From positions 96,001-160,000 of the forward strand of contig CAVVUN010000003.1 of assembly GCA_963751455.1 (NCBI GenBank): a stretch of DNA of 64,000 nt, read 5' to 3'. Both the position numbers and the translations under genes were made by a program. Below are positions 41,711 through 49,991 of this stretch, one piece after another. Every line of letters starts with the position of its first letter. Position 1 is the stretch's first letter. The DNA is from Nitrospirota bacterium. GTDB taxonomy: Bacteria; Nitrospirota; UBA9217. Under the pieces are notes generated by a model, which did not search any database, was not told where the DNA came from, and saw nothing but the letters and a program-made list of their open reading frames with translations.

Positions 41711-42874
41711 ATGCATACACTACGCCTGAAAAATAAAGAAGAGCGCAGAATCATGCGCGGACATCCGTGGGTTTTCAGTAACGAGCTCGAAAAAATGCCG
41801 GCTGATCTTGCGGCCGGGGATCTTGCGGATGTTACCGACCATTCAGGCCGCTTTATCGGGCGCGCCTACGTCAACCCGAATACGCTTATTGCCGCCCGCA
41901 TTCTCACCAGAAGTCGTGATGAGATCAATACGGAGTTCATGGGGAACAGGATTTCAACGGCCCGCCGCTTGCGGGAAATGCTCGGTTTCAGCGATTCATA
42001 CCGGGCTTTTTTCAGCGAAGGCGACGGACTTCCCGGGCTCATCGTCGACAAATATGCAGATGTCCTGGTTGTCCAGTCCTCGACCGCCGGCATAGACCGG
42101 CTGCTCCCGATGATCCTGCCCGCCCTGCAGCAGGAATATTCACCGCGGGCGATCGTGCTCAGAAACGACATGGCCTCGCGCGAGATCGAAGGTATCGCGC
42201 GGGAAACGCGCGTGGTTCACGGATCGCTTTCAGGTCCGGTCACAATCGAGGAGTCGGGGATCAAATACACCGTTGATGTGCTCGAAGGACAGAAGACCGG
42301 ATTCTTTTTTGATCAGCGCGAGAACCGGCTTGCGCTCAAGGGACTCGTAAAGGGCCGCCGAACGCTCGACTGCTTTTGCTATATCGGCGCCTGGTCTCTG
42401 AACGCCGCTCGCTTCGGCGCCAGCGAGGTTATCGGCATTGATTCTTCGCAGGCAGCGGTTGACCTGGCAACAGCGAACGCGGCCCTCAATGGGCTGAATG
42501 CGCAGTTCACGAAAGCCGATGTTTTCGACGAGCTCCGGCGTCTCGAGAAAATCAACGAGAAATTCGGCTGCATCATCCTCGATCCGCCGGCCTTCGTCAA
42601 ATCCCGGGCAAAAGTGCGGGAAGGCCTCAGAGGGTACAAGGAAATCAACGTCAGGGCACTGAAGCTGCTCGAGCCAGGTGGCGTGCTCGTCACATGCTCC
42701 TGTTCGCACCATGTGGATCAGGACCTTTTCCGCGAAATGCTGATCGATGCCGGTCACTCCGCTCGCCGGCAGTTGAGACTTCTCGAGATGCGGTCTCAGG
42801 CGCGGGACCATCCGATTTTGCTTGCTGCCCGCGAGACGCAGTACCTGAAGTGCGCGATATTGATTGTTGATTAA
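41711..42874 (+). CDS. RlmI-like SAM-dependent rRNA methyltransferase with PUA domain
   Basis: GHPWVFSNE; SEGDGLPGLIVD; GQKTGFFFDQRENR; ILDPPAF; TCSCS. Confidence 0.92.
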   Translation: MHTLRLKNKEERRIMRGHPWVFSNELEKMPADLAAGDLADVTDHSGRFIGRAYVNPNTLIAARILTRSRDEINTEFMGNRISTARRLREMLGFSDSYRAFFSEGDGLPGLIVDKYADVLVVQSSTAGIDRLLPMILPALQQEYSPRAIVLRNDMASREIEGIARETRVVHGSLSGPVTIEESGIKYTVDVLEGQKTGFFFDQRENRLALKGLVKGRRTLDCFCYIGAWSLNAARFGASEVIGIDSSQAAVDLATANAALNGLNAQFTKADVFDELRRLEKINEKFGCIILDPPAFVKSRAKVREGLRGYKEINVRALKLLEPGGVLVTCSCSHHVDQDLFREMLIDAGHSARRQLRLLEMRSQARDHPILLAARETQYLKCAILIVD

Positions 42875-43004
42875 AATCCGGTTTCTCTGGACCGAGGCAA
42901 CCATGTTGCCGTTCTTTACGACGGCGCGGTTGCTGGTTTACTCGGCAATGAGGAGAAATATCTTGACTAACCGGCGCACCCTGTGTTAAAAAATAACCGT
43001 TGCC

Positions 43005-43079
43005 GGGCGATTAGCTCAGCGGGAGAGCACTGCCTTCACACGGCAGGGGTCGCTGGTTCAAACCCAGCATCGCCCACCA
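43005..43079 (+). tRNA. tRNA-Val (anticodon CAC), CCA encoded; also the left att of island 1
   Basis: GGGCGAT/ATCGCCC acceptor stem; D arm GCTC..GAGC; anticodon stem CTGCC/GGCAG with loop TTCACAC; T arm GCTGG-TTCAAAC-CCAGC. Confidence 0.98.
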
Positions 43080-43086
43080 TGAATTC

Positions 43087-43119
43087 AAAGGGCTACGGTC
43101 TTCACCGTAGCCCTTTTTT
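43087..43119 (+). terminator. Rho-independent terminator after the tRNA
   Basis: aaagggctacggt-cttc-accgtagccc-tttttt. Confidence 0.9.
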
Positions 43120-43181
43120 GTTGACTGTGCCCCTTTTGTGCCCCCCAGCATCTTTAGCCATTTCAATCACCTTCCTTTCCG

Positions 43182-43222
43182 ATGTTGACAAATACCCAAA
43201 AAATGGTTATATTTGTCAACAT
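43182..43222 (+). promoter_or_regulatory. Sigma70 promoter overlapped by a perfect 13-bp inverted repeat (putative operator)
   Basis: TTGACA (43185-43190)-N17-TATATT (43208-43213); ATGTTGACAAATA-N15-TATTTGTCAACAT. Confidence 0.75.
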
Positions 43223-43297
43223 AAGATAAATGATTGCTCTCCTTGCTAGGAAGTACAGGAGTACTCGGAGTAAATCAGGATTACGGGAGGTAATGGA

Positions 43298-44368
43298 GTG
43301 AAAAAGCAGGAGCCTAAGGAAATATTTGCTCAGCGCCTGGCCCAAGCCCGGAAGATGCGAGGTATGTCGCTCCGAGCTCTGGCGGACGCGACCGGAGGGA
43401 AAATATCCTACAATGCGCTGCATCGCTATGAATTGGGGGAAATGATGCCCGGAGACGAGGTTCTGATGGCAGTGGCTGACGCCCTGGATCAATCCCTGGA
43501 TTTCTTCTTCCGCCCGGCCACCACCAAGCTTCAGGAGGTCAATTTTCGCAAAACAACCAAGGTCGGCGCGAAGACCGTGGAAGCGATCCGGGAACAGTCG
43601 GCCGATTTCTTTGAGCGGTACCTGGAAATCGAAAACATTCTCGGTCTGCCGTCCACCTTCCGGGACCCGCTCGGCAGTTTGCGGCTGCACAAGCCGGTGG
43701 ATGCTGAAACAGCCGCGGAGAAGGTCCGGGCTACATGGAACCTTGGACTCGATCCGCTGCCGAATGTTATCGAAACCCTCGAAGCGAACGGTATCAAGTT
43801 CTTTGAGGTGGAAGCACCCGAGCATTTCGACGGTTTTTCCGGATGGGCAGACGGCCACCCCGTTGTGGTCCTCGCAAAATGGTTGAACAAAGACCCGGCG
43901 CGCAAGCGCTTTACCGCGCTTCACGAAGCCGCGCACCTTCTTATTCACTCGCACGTAGATTCGCGAGGAAAAGAGATTGAGCTGTACTGCAATCGATTTG
44001 CAGGCGCTATGCTGATCCCTCAAAAGATGTTCAAGACCGACTGGGGCGGTTATCGTACCCGAGTCAGCTCAGCGGAACTTGTTGATCTGAAGCGTCGCTA
44101 CGGTATGTCCATAGCAGCTATTATGCACCGTGCAATCGATCTGGGCTTGCTAGATGGTTCTACCTATCGGCGATTCTGCATTATGCGAAGAAAAGAAAAA
44201 TGGGATGAAAAAGAACCTGGAGACTATCCGGGTATCGAAAAGTCCTCTCGTTTCGATCAACTGGTATTTCGCGCGGCCGCACAAGAAATAATCACAGCCA
44301 GTAAGGGAGCTGCGCTGCTGAATCAATCGCTTATCGACTTCCGAGAGAAGTTGAGCGAGGTTGCATGA
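43298..44368 (+). CDS. XRE HTH fused to ImmA/IrrE-family Zn metallopeptidase
   Basis: RLAQARKMRGMSLRALA..LHRYELG HTH; RFTALHEAAH (HExxH); CNRFAGAMLIP; GTG start. Confidence 0.93.
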   Translation: MKKQEPKEIFAQRLAQARKMRGMSLRALADATGGKISYNALHRYELGEMMPGDEVLMAVADALDQSLDFFFRPATTKLQEVNFRKTTKVGAKTVEAIREQSADFFERYLEIENILGLPSTFRDPLGSLRLHKPVDAETAAEKVRATWNLGLDPLPNVIETLEANGIKFFEVEAPEHFDGFSGWADGHPVVVLAKWLNKDPARKRFTALHEAAHLLIHSHVDSRGKEIELYCNRFAGAMLIPQKMFKTDWGGYRTRVSSAELVDLKRRYGMSIAAIMHRAIDLGLLDGSTYRRFCIMRRKEKWDEKEPGDYPGIEKSSRFDQLVFRAAAQEIITASKGAALLNQSLIDFREKLSEVA

Positions 44369-44874
44369 AGGTCATTGTCCACGACGCATCGGTGCTTATT
44401 GACCTTATAGCAGCCGATCTGCTCGAACAGTGGTTGGGCCTCGGAAACGAGACGATTGTTACATCGCTAGTTTGGCGGGAGATAAACCGGAAAAGCGAGA
44501 AAGAAAAATTGCAGCCTTATGTCGAAAGAGGACTGCTGAAAATAGCTCATCTGCCGTCAGAGGATTTCTCGGAAGTTGTAGCGATGAAGATGGATCTATC
44601 GCTCGATCTTTCCCTTGAAGACGTCTCCGCCCTTTATGTGGCTGTTTCCCGTAAAGGCATCCTGCTCACAGGTGAAAAGACTTTGCGGCAAAATGCCGAA
44701 AGGCGCGGCGTCGAAGTGCATGGTCTCCTATGGGTCTTCGATGTTTTGATTGAACGCGGGAAAATGCTGGCGAGCATCGCCGCTGATCGCCTCGAGCATA
44801 TAACAGCAAAGCGGACCAGCCGGCTGCCTAAAGAGGAATGCAGCCACCGAATCAAAAAATGGAGAAGCCAGTAA
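44365..44874 (+). CDS. PIN-domain protein (putative toxin)
   Basis: VHDASVLIDL; WREI; LSLEDVSAL; LLTGEKTLR; ATGA overlap with the HTH-peptidase gene. Confidence 0.85.
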   Translation: MKVIVHDASVLIDLIAADLLEQWLGLGNETIVTSLVWREINRKSEKEKLQPYVERGLLKIAHLPSEDFSEVVAMKMDLSLDLSLEDVSALYVAVSRKGILLTGEKTLRQNAERRGVEVHGLLWVFDVLIERGKMLASIAADRLEHITAKRTSRLPKEECSHRIKKWRSQ

Positions 44875-44944
44875 ATAAAAACGGATTTACTGCACAGACT
44901 TATGAGCAAGGTTAATATATCAAAAATTGCTGAAGATGTCTTAT

Positions 44945-46462
44945 CCTTGTAGTTGCATAAACATTTCTTGAAAATATGCAGAAACCTCTGGAAACAGGCT
45001 TCATTATTGGATATAGTGCTCCTGCGATATCATTATTTCACTCAAGCAGGAGGCCACTGAAAGTGAAGTCCAGTAAAGCACAGGTTCTAAGCCGCGTTCA
45101 CAAAATACCGGAACTGAAGTTCGAGGATCAACAGCTCACTTCCTACGCGGGCCTTGCTATCATTCAGGCATTCTTCACGAAGCTGAATCTGAAAGCCCGC
45201 TTGAAAAGCTGCTTTGATCATCTACCGTCGAGCGCCATCTTCGGCAATCACGTCATTACGCTCGTGCTGATCGTGCATCTGATGCTGGGTTATCGGAAAC
45301 TCCGCGACATCGAATACTATCAGGACGACCTTATGGCGCTTCGTCTTCTGGGCCTCCGAAAAATGCCGGACGTTTCCACGATCAGCCGGGCATTGATGAC
45401 GGTCGACGCAAAGGACATTTTGAATCTTCGTCGGTTCTGCCGGGAAATGTCGCTCTCCCGCATACAGGGTTTGAAGCTTCGTCGCGTGACGCTTGATTTC
45501 GACGGCTCTGTGCTCTCGACCTCCCGATGGGCTGAGGGTGCCGCCGTAGGCTTCAACAAAAAGAAAAAAGGGCAGAGAAGCTATTATCCGCTTTTCTGCA
45601 TGATCGCTCAGTTGGGCATGGTCCTTGACGTCCTGCCCCGTTCGGGTAACGTACATGATTCCAACGGCGCCCGGGCGTTCATCCTTGCGTGCATCGAACA
45701 GGTGCGTGCAACCTGTTCGGATATCGTCATCGAAGTGCGCATGGACAGCGCTTTCTTCAGCGATGAAATCGTCGGCGCGCTGGAGCGCGACGGAATTGAG
45801 TTCACCATCTCGGTCCCCTTTGAGCGGTTCTCCGAACTCAAACACATGATCGAAGCCAAAAAACGCTGGAGGCGTTACGATTCCGTTGTTTCCTATTTCG
45901 ACACACCCTGGAAGCCGAAAAGCTGGGACAGCCGGTTCCGCTTTCTTTTTATTCGTCAAAAAGCCAAAAAGCAGTCAAAAGAGCCGGTGCAGCTTGATAT
46001 GTTCACGCCGCACGAATACGGGTTTGACTTCAAGGTGATCGTTACAAACAAAACAACGACGGTGAAGAAAGTCCTGAACTTCCATCAGGGCCGCGGTTCT
46101 CAGGAAAACATCCTTGGAGAGCTAAAGTCCCAGTGCAATATGGATTACGTGGCTGTGAGAAGATTGCACGGAAATCAGCTATACATGATGTCGGCGATCA
46201 TCTCGCACAATCTCCTGAAGGAACTTCACATGGTCGCGCATGAACCCGACCGGGGCACCACCGAAAAACGGGCCGCTCTTTGGGAGTTCACGGAGCCCAA
46301 TACCCTGCGAAGAACACTTATACAGCGTGCCGGCCGCCTGACACAGCCCGGCGGCAAGCTAACTCTGACAATGAACGCCAATCCACGAGTCAAAAAGGGG
46401 TTGTTGCATTATCTCGACCGATTGCAACGGGCCGCATAGCGATTTTTTATGCAACGTTAAGG
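44945..46462 (+). mobile_element. IS1380-family insertion sequence
   Basis: Terminal IRs CCTTGTAGTTGCATAAA and reverse complement CCTTAACGTTGCATAAA (14/17 match); flanks TTAT and TTAA (imperfect target duplication). Confidence 0.85.
45063..46439 (+). CDS. IS1380-family DDE transposase
   Basis: LTSYAGL; TLDFDGS; YYPL; LPRSGNVH; VRMDSAF; HQGRGSQENILGELK; TLRRTLIQRAGRL; GTG start after AGGAGG. Confidence 0.92.
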   Translation: MKSSKAQVLSRVHKIPELKFEDQQLTSYAGLAIIQAFFTKLNLKARLKSCFDHLPSSAIFGNHVITLVLIVHLMLGYRKLRDIEYYQDDLMALRLLGLRKMPDVSTISRALMTVDAKDILNLRRFCREMSLSRIQGLKLRRVTLDFDGSVLSTSRWAEGAAVGFNKKKKGQRSYYPLFCMIAQLGMVLDVLPRSGNVHDSNGARAFILACIEQVRATCSDIVIEVRMDSAFFSDEIVGALERDGIEFTISVPFERFSELKHMIEAKKRWRRYDSVVSYFDTPWKPKSWDSRFRFLFIRQKAKKQSKEPVQLDMFTPHEYGFDFKVIVTNKTTTVKKVLNFHQGRGSQENILGELKSQCNMDYVAVRRLHGNQLYMMSAIISHNLLKELHMVAHEPDRGTTEKRAALWEFTEPNTLRRTLIQRAGRLTQPGGKLTLTMNANPRVKKGLLHYLDRLQRAA

Positions 46463-46575
46463 TTAAGTGAGGTAATTAGGGTACTTAAATAACCTGTTGC
46501 CTCAGGATATCCTCGTTGGTTCATCTTTGCGCGGAGAAAAAGCCTCCTTTCTTTCGCTGCCTGAGTCAAAAAACT

Positions 46576-47331
46576 TTAAATCGGGCATCTTGATAAGCTT
46601 CTCGCAAAATAATAGTTTAGACAAAATGATATTGCAAGTTGATTTACCTTAACTACCTCACTTCGTGTAATGAAAATGTTTTGAGATTTGCCTAATAAAA
46701 TGATATTTGGAGAAATTGGAATAACCGCGACATCAAAATAAATTTCAGGAACTATAAAATCACCCTCGTTTGACTTTACAACTCCCCACTGCACCTTTCC
46801 TATATCACTTCTCCTTTTATCAATGCTCATCTGTATGTTTAATCCAGTCATAAATCGGCTGGGAACGGAAGGAATCTCTCCCCTAGTGAAAATAACGTGA
46901 TTCTTTTCTAGTCGTTCTTCTTCATCTTTTGTAAAGGGTTTCCCCCCGATTATACCCTTGAGTTGAACATCTGGAAGTGGGCTTAAATTCCGCTCATAGC
47001 GAAGAAGCCAAAGTAAATAAAAGTCTGTTGCAACTCTATTATCTGAATCTCCCAAAATCGAGGTGGGGTTATCGATGATTTTAGAAGTTAATGCCTGAAA
47101 GGAGTCCTCAATGCTTTTTTGATATCCTTCTTCGGCGCGTTGGTCCCAACATCTTTTCGCGCAGAATAGCTGGTCATCGGGAGGCAAACTGATGACCTTG
47201 TTTTGCGAAATCAATTTTACTTCTACCATGCCATTACTATCTGCAAATCGCTCGATGCTTTTAGCAGGGAAAATATGTTGTTTGACAGTTAAACCATAGG
47301 GATTCTGTTTTTGCGGCTTTTCGTAGGTCAT
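46576..47331 (-). CDS. DUF4238-like protein, AT-rich
   Basis: N-terminal KQHIFPAKSIERF resembles the DUF4238 HxxP..L..F motif; IPISPNIIL. Confidence 0.6.
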   Translation of the reverse strand: MTYEKPQKQNPYGLTVKQHIFPAKSIERFADSNGMVEVKLISQNKVISLPPDDQLFCAKRCWDQRAEEGYQKSIEDSFQALTSKIIDNPTSILGDSDNRVATDFYLLWLLRYERNLSPLPDVQLKGIIGGKPFTKDEEERLEKNHVIFTRGEIPSVPSRFMTGLNIQMSIDKRRSDIGKVQWGVVKSNEGDFIVPEIYFDVAVIPISPNIILLGKSQNIFITRSEVVKVNQLAISFCLNYYFARSLSRCPI

Positions 47332-47686
47332 GATTCCTTCCTGCTTAAGATATCTTCTTTTGGTTTTTCCTCGGAATGTTCAAAATTCGAATGCTTATAT
47401 TATATCTCTATGATTCAGACTTTATTCTGTTAACTTATTTTCACCAAAACGACCACCGACGAAAAAGGCTCAAGAAGAAAATATCATAGTGCAGCCAACT
47501 AAGCAAAAGCCACAATTGTAGACAAAAATAATCTTGTATTGTGCCCCTTTTTGTGCCCCCCGGAGGGGAAAATCTTAGAATCATCAGATTAGCTCGAAAT
47601 AATAGAAACGCTGGAAACGCTGAAAATCATTAATTTTTGGGAGACCAGCCACCTTCAATGGTTTACGTGATTTTGGTCTTTTAGCG

Positions 47687-47731
47687 TTCACACGGCAAGG
47701 GTCGCTGGTTCAAACCCAGCATCGCCCACCA
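47687..47731 (+). repeat. tRNA-Val 3'-half copy (junction att between islands 1 and 2)
   Basis: TTCACACGGCAAGGGTCGCTGGTTCAAACCCAGCATCGCCCACCA, 44/45 identical to 43035-43079. Confidence 0.95.
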
Positions 47732-47739
47732 TGTAAATT

Positions 47740-47769
47740 AAGGGGTTAGCTGATATAGGCTAACTCCTT
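47740..47769 (+). terminator. Hairpin after the middle att copy
   Basis: aaggggttagc-tgatatag-gctaactcctt; weak U tract. Confidence 0.65.
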
Positions 47770-47913
47770 CTCTGTTTCTTGTGCAGTAATTGTGCAGTTG
47801 GTTGTGGGTGTGTCGTTCGGGGACGGGTCCAAAAGGTTGTTGAGTATGTTTATCGCCTTCCTGCTGTGTTCTGGGGCAAGGTGAGCATAGTGGAGGGTCA
47901 TTTTAATATCCTT
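47746..47913 (-). pseudogene. C-terminal remnant of a tyrosine integrase
   Basis: Hand translation KDIKMTLHYAHLAPEHSRKAINILNNLLD...ELAYIS* matches the box II (GH)xDxxMTxRYAHL pattern with the catalytic Tyr; oriented toward the left att. Confidence 0.8.
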
Positions 47914-47950
47914 GTAGTACGTTATTTTTATTTCTGCATACCATTATTCA

Positions 47951-48044
47951 TCTTTACTGTTTCAACACAGTATAGCTTCAAGTTATGGTTGCACTTCTTT
48001 ACTGTTTCAACACAGTATAGCTTCAAGTTATGGTTGCACTTCTT
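47951..48044. repeat. Perfect 45-bp tandem duplication containing the palindrome TACTGT-N6-ACAGTA
   Basis: tctttactgtttcaacacagtatagcttcaagttatggttgcact at 47951-47995 and 47996-48040, then tctt. Confidence 0.9.
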
Positions 48045-48090
48045 GAAGCCTTATAAAAATTCAGTCTGAATTCGTTAGCGTATACCCCCG

Positions 48091-48119
48091 TTGACATAGA
48101 ATTGAATAAGGTATATATT
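48091..48119 (+). promoter_or_regulatory. Putative sigma70 promoter for island 2 cargo
   Basis: TTGACA-N17-TATATT, about 100 bp upstream of the ClpP-like gene. Confidence 0.7.
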
Positions 48120-48221
48120 CGACCGGAATACTGTGAATGGTTACATAAGATGCTCGCCAGCCATAAACCCGAACTGTAAGCGGCTCAATATCCAAGAAAA
48201 AGCAAAGGAGAAGACAATATC

Positions 48222-48785
48222 ATGCCGCAAGTGCAACAGAAAATTGTGTACATTAATTTTTTCGATGGCATTGAACCGCAAAGAATTTTCCAATTCATTA
48301 ACTTTTTCTCTCAAATTTTCCAGCAACATCGGCCTGAAATAATTCAGATTAATATATCATCTCCAGGGGGCAATGTATCTGTAGGAATGTTCCTTTACAA
48401 TTACCTCAAATCTCTTCCTTGCAAATTGATTATGCATAATATAGGTTCTGTTGATTCTATTTCCACAATAATATTTCTCGCGGGCGAGGAACGATATGCC
48501 AATCCAAATGCATCATTTCTTTTTCATGGCATCGTAACTAACTTCCCTTCTCAAACCTCCTTAACCCTGTACCAGCTTAAAGAACGACTCGGTGGTCTCG
48601 AAGTAGATCAAAACAAAATATCAAATACAATTACTGAACTTACTAAAATAACGAAGCAAGAGCTTGACGAACTATTTTTACAAGGGGAGGTCAAATCCCC
48701 TGAATTTGCGCTTCAAAAGGGATTTATACATGGGATCAAACCAATGGCACTTCCTAAGGATGCTATCATTTTCACTTTTGCTTAA
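48222..48785 (+). CDS. ClpP-like serine protease (not the housekeeping ClpP)
   Basis: INISSPGGNV; GSVDSIS (nucleophile Ser position); IFLAGEERYA; FLFHG (His); ALQKGFIHGI; AAGGAG upstream. Confidence 0.85.
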   Translation: MPQVQQKIVYINFFDGIEPQRIFQFINFFSQIFQQHRPEIIQINISSPGGNVSVGMFLYNYLKSLPCKLIMHNIGSVDSISTIIFLAGEERYANPNASFLFHGIVTNFPSQTSLTLYQLKERLGGLEVDQNKISNTITELTKITKQELDELFLQGEVKSPEFALQKGFIHGIKPMALPKDAIIFTFA

Positions 48786-48998
48786 AATGCCTTCTCTGTA
48801 ACTCTGCGCTATTCTGTTTTGCACACTAGCGGTGCTATTCCGATTATTCATTTGTGCTTTTAAAACACGAACGATAAAGTCAGCCCATGATTTGAGCGCC
48901 CGTTATGCATTGACAGCCCTAATTAAAACGTTTAATCTAATAACATATACTCTTGACCGTCAGCTAGATTTCCAAAAGAACAAAAGGAGTGAGTCATC

Positions 48999-49760
48999 AT
49001 GCCGATCAACGAAGTATTTCAAAGACCTACGGTGAAGCAAGTGATTTTTCAAATCACATATCCGAATTTATTTTATCTTGAAAGCAAAATTGGAGACCTA
49101 CAACTGGCAATCATGGAGAAGTTTCCGGAATCTTCTTTGTTATTTCAGCGACAGGTTCTCCTCGCTAATTTAGGCCCTGGTGCTAAAACAGAGGATCTAG
49201 AAAAAAAACACACAGATGAAGGTACAAAAAAAATATGGCAATTTACTTCGCCTAAAGGTTATACACTTAACGTTACCACTAGTACGCTCGATATTACCTC
49301 TACGCTACATAAAACGTACAACAACGACGCCTCTGAGAACAAATTTCGTGACATAATTACCTTTGTTGTGGATCATTTTTTAAAGATTACAAAAATTCCA
49401 TTAATATTGAGAATTGGTCTTCGCTATATCGATGATTGTCCAGTGCCGAGTAATATTACGGAAGACTTTGTAAGTTATTATCAAACTTCTTTTCCAGTAA
49501 GTCGTTTTAAACTTGAAGATGCAACCGAAATGAATTTTACGACAATCGTAAAAAGAGATAATTGTTCTTTACGTTACGCCGAGTCATTTAAAAAGTCACT
49601 GGAAAATAATTATACGTTTGTTCTTGATTTTGATGGTTTTGCTATTAATATCCAATCTGATCAAACTTTACGCATTACTGACAAATTACATGACTTAATT
49701 TCCGCAGAATTTGAAGCTACTATAAAGGAACCTGTTTACAAATATATGCGAGGTGAATAA
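48999..49760 (+). CDS. TIGR04255-like uncharacterised protein
   Basis: FQRPTVKQVIFQI.Y N-terminus; RIGLRYID; FVLDFD; typical length of about 250 aa; AAGGAG RBS. Confidence 0.7.
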   Translation: MPINEVFQRPTVKQVIFQITYPNLFYLESKIGDLQLAIMEKFPESSLLFQRQVLLANLGPGAKTEDLEKKHTDEGTKKIWQFTSPKGYTLNVTTSTLDITSTLHKTYNNDASENKFRDIITFVVDHFLKITKIPLILRIGLRYIDDCPVPSNITEDFVSYYQTSFPVSRFKLEDATEMNFTTIVKRDNCSLRYAESFKKSLENNYTFVLDFDGFAINIQSDQTLRITDKLHDLISAEFEATIKEPVYKYMRGE

Positions 49761-49763
49761 ACT

Positions 49764-49991
49764 ATGACTTCCCTAACGCCAGCAGTAACTGGTGCTCAAA
49801 CGGAGACGCAAGCGCACAAAGTTACATATCCTTTTGAAAGGTATGAAATTGAAGTTATCGTTTCTGATACTGGCATGTTTCTCGGAATCTCGGGAATCAA
49901 ATTAAAGACAGATTTTTTAACTCACGCGCAAAAACTGTCTACGGCAAGCTTCCATGACGTTGAGCAATATTATCAAGAGGAAAACAAATAA
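49764..49991 (+). CDS. 75-aa hypothetical protein
   Basis: Starts 3 bp after the upstream stop, with GAGG RBS; stop overlaps the next start (TAATG). Confidence 0.7.
   Translation: MTSLTPAVTGAQTETQAHKVTYPFERYEIEVIVSDTGMFLGISGIKLKTDFLTHAQKLSTASFHDVEQYYQEENK

Larger units (their letters stand above)
43035..47731. mobile_element. Mini-island 1 at tRNA-Val, no intact integrase
   Basis: 45-bp direct repeats at 43035-43079 and 47687-47731 (one mismatch); TGTGCCCC doublets at 43126/43137 and 47540/47552. Confidence 0.85.

Noticed and set aside
42983-43249. 88-aa ORF, and similarly 50639-50878 and 50647-50835
   Set aside because: These frames run across the tRNA or att copy and its terminator; spurious.
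47955-48017. LexA SOS box in the 45-bp duplication
   Set aside because: Spacing is CTGT-N6-ACAG rather than CTGT-N8-ACAG, and the LexA motif of this lineage cannot be determined from the sequence.
47779-48069. 96-aa plus-strand ORF
   Set aside because: It is the antisense of the integrase stub plus the tandem duplication; no RBS or recognisable family.
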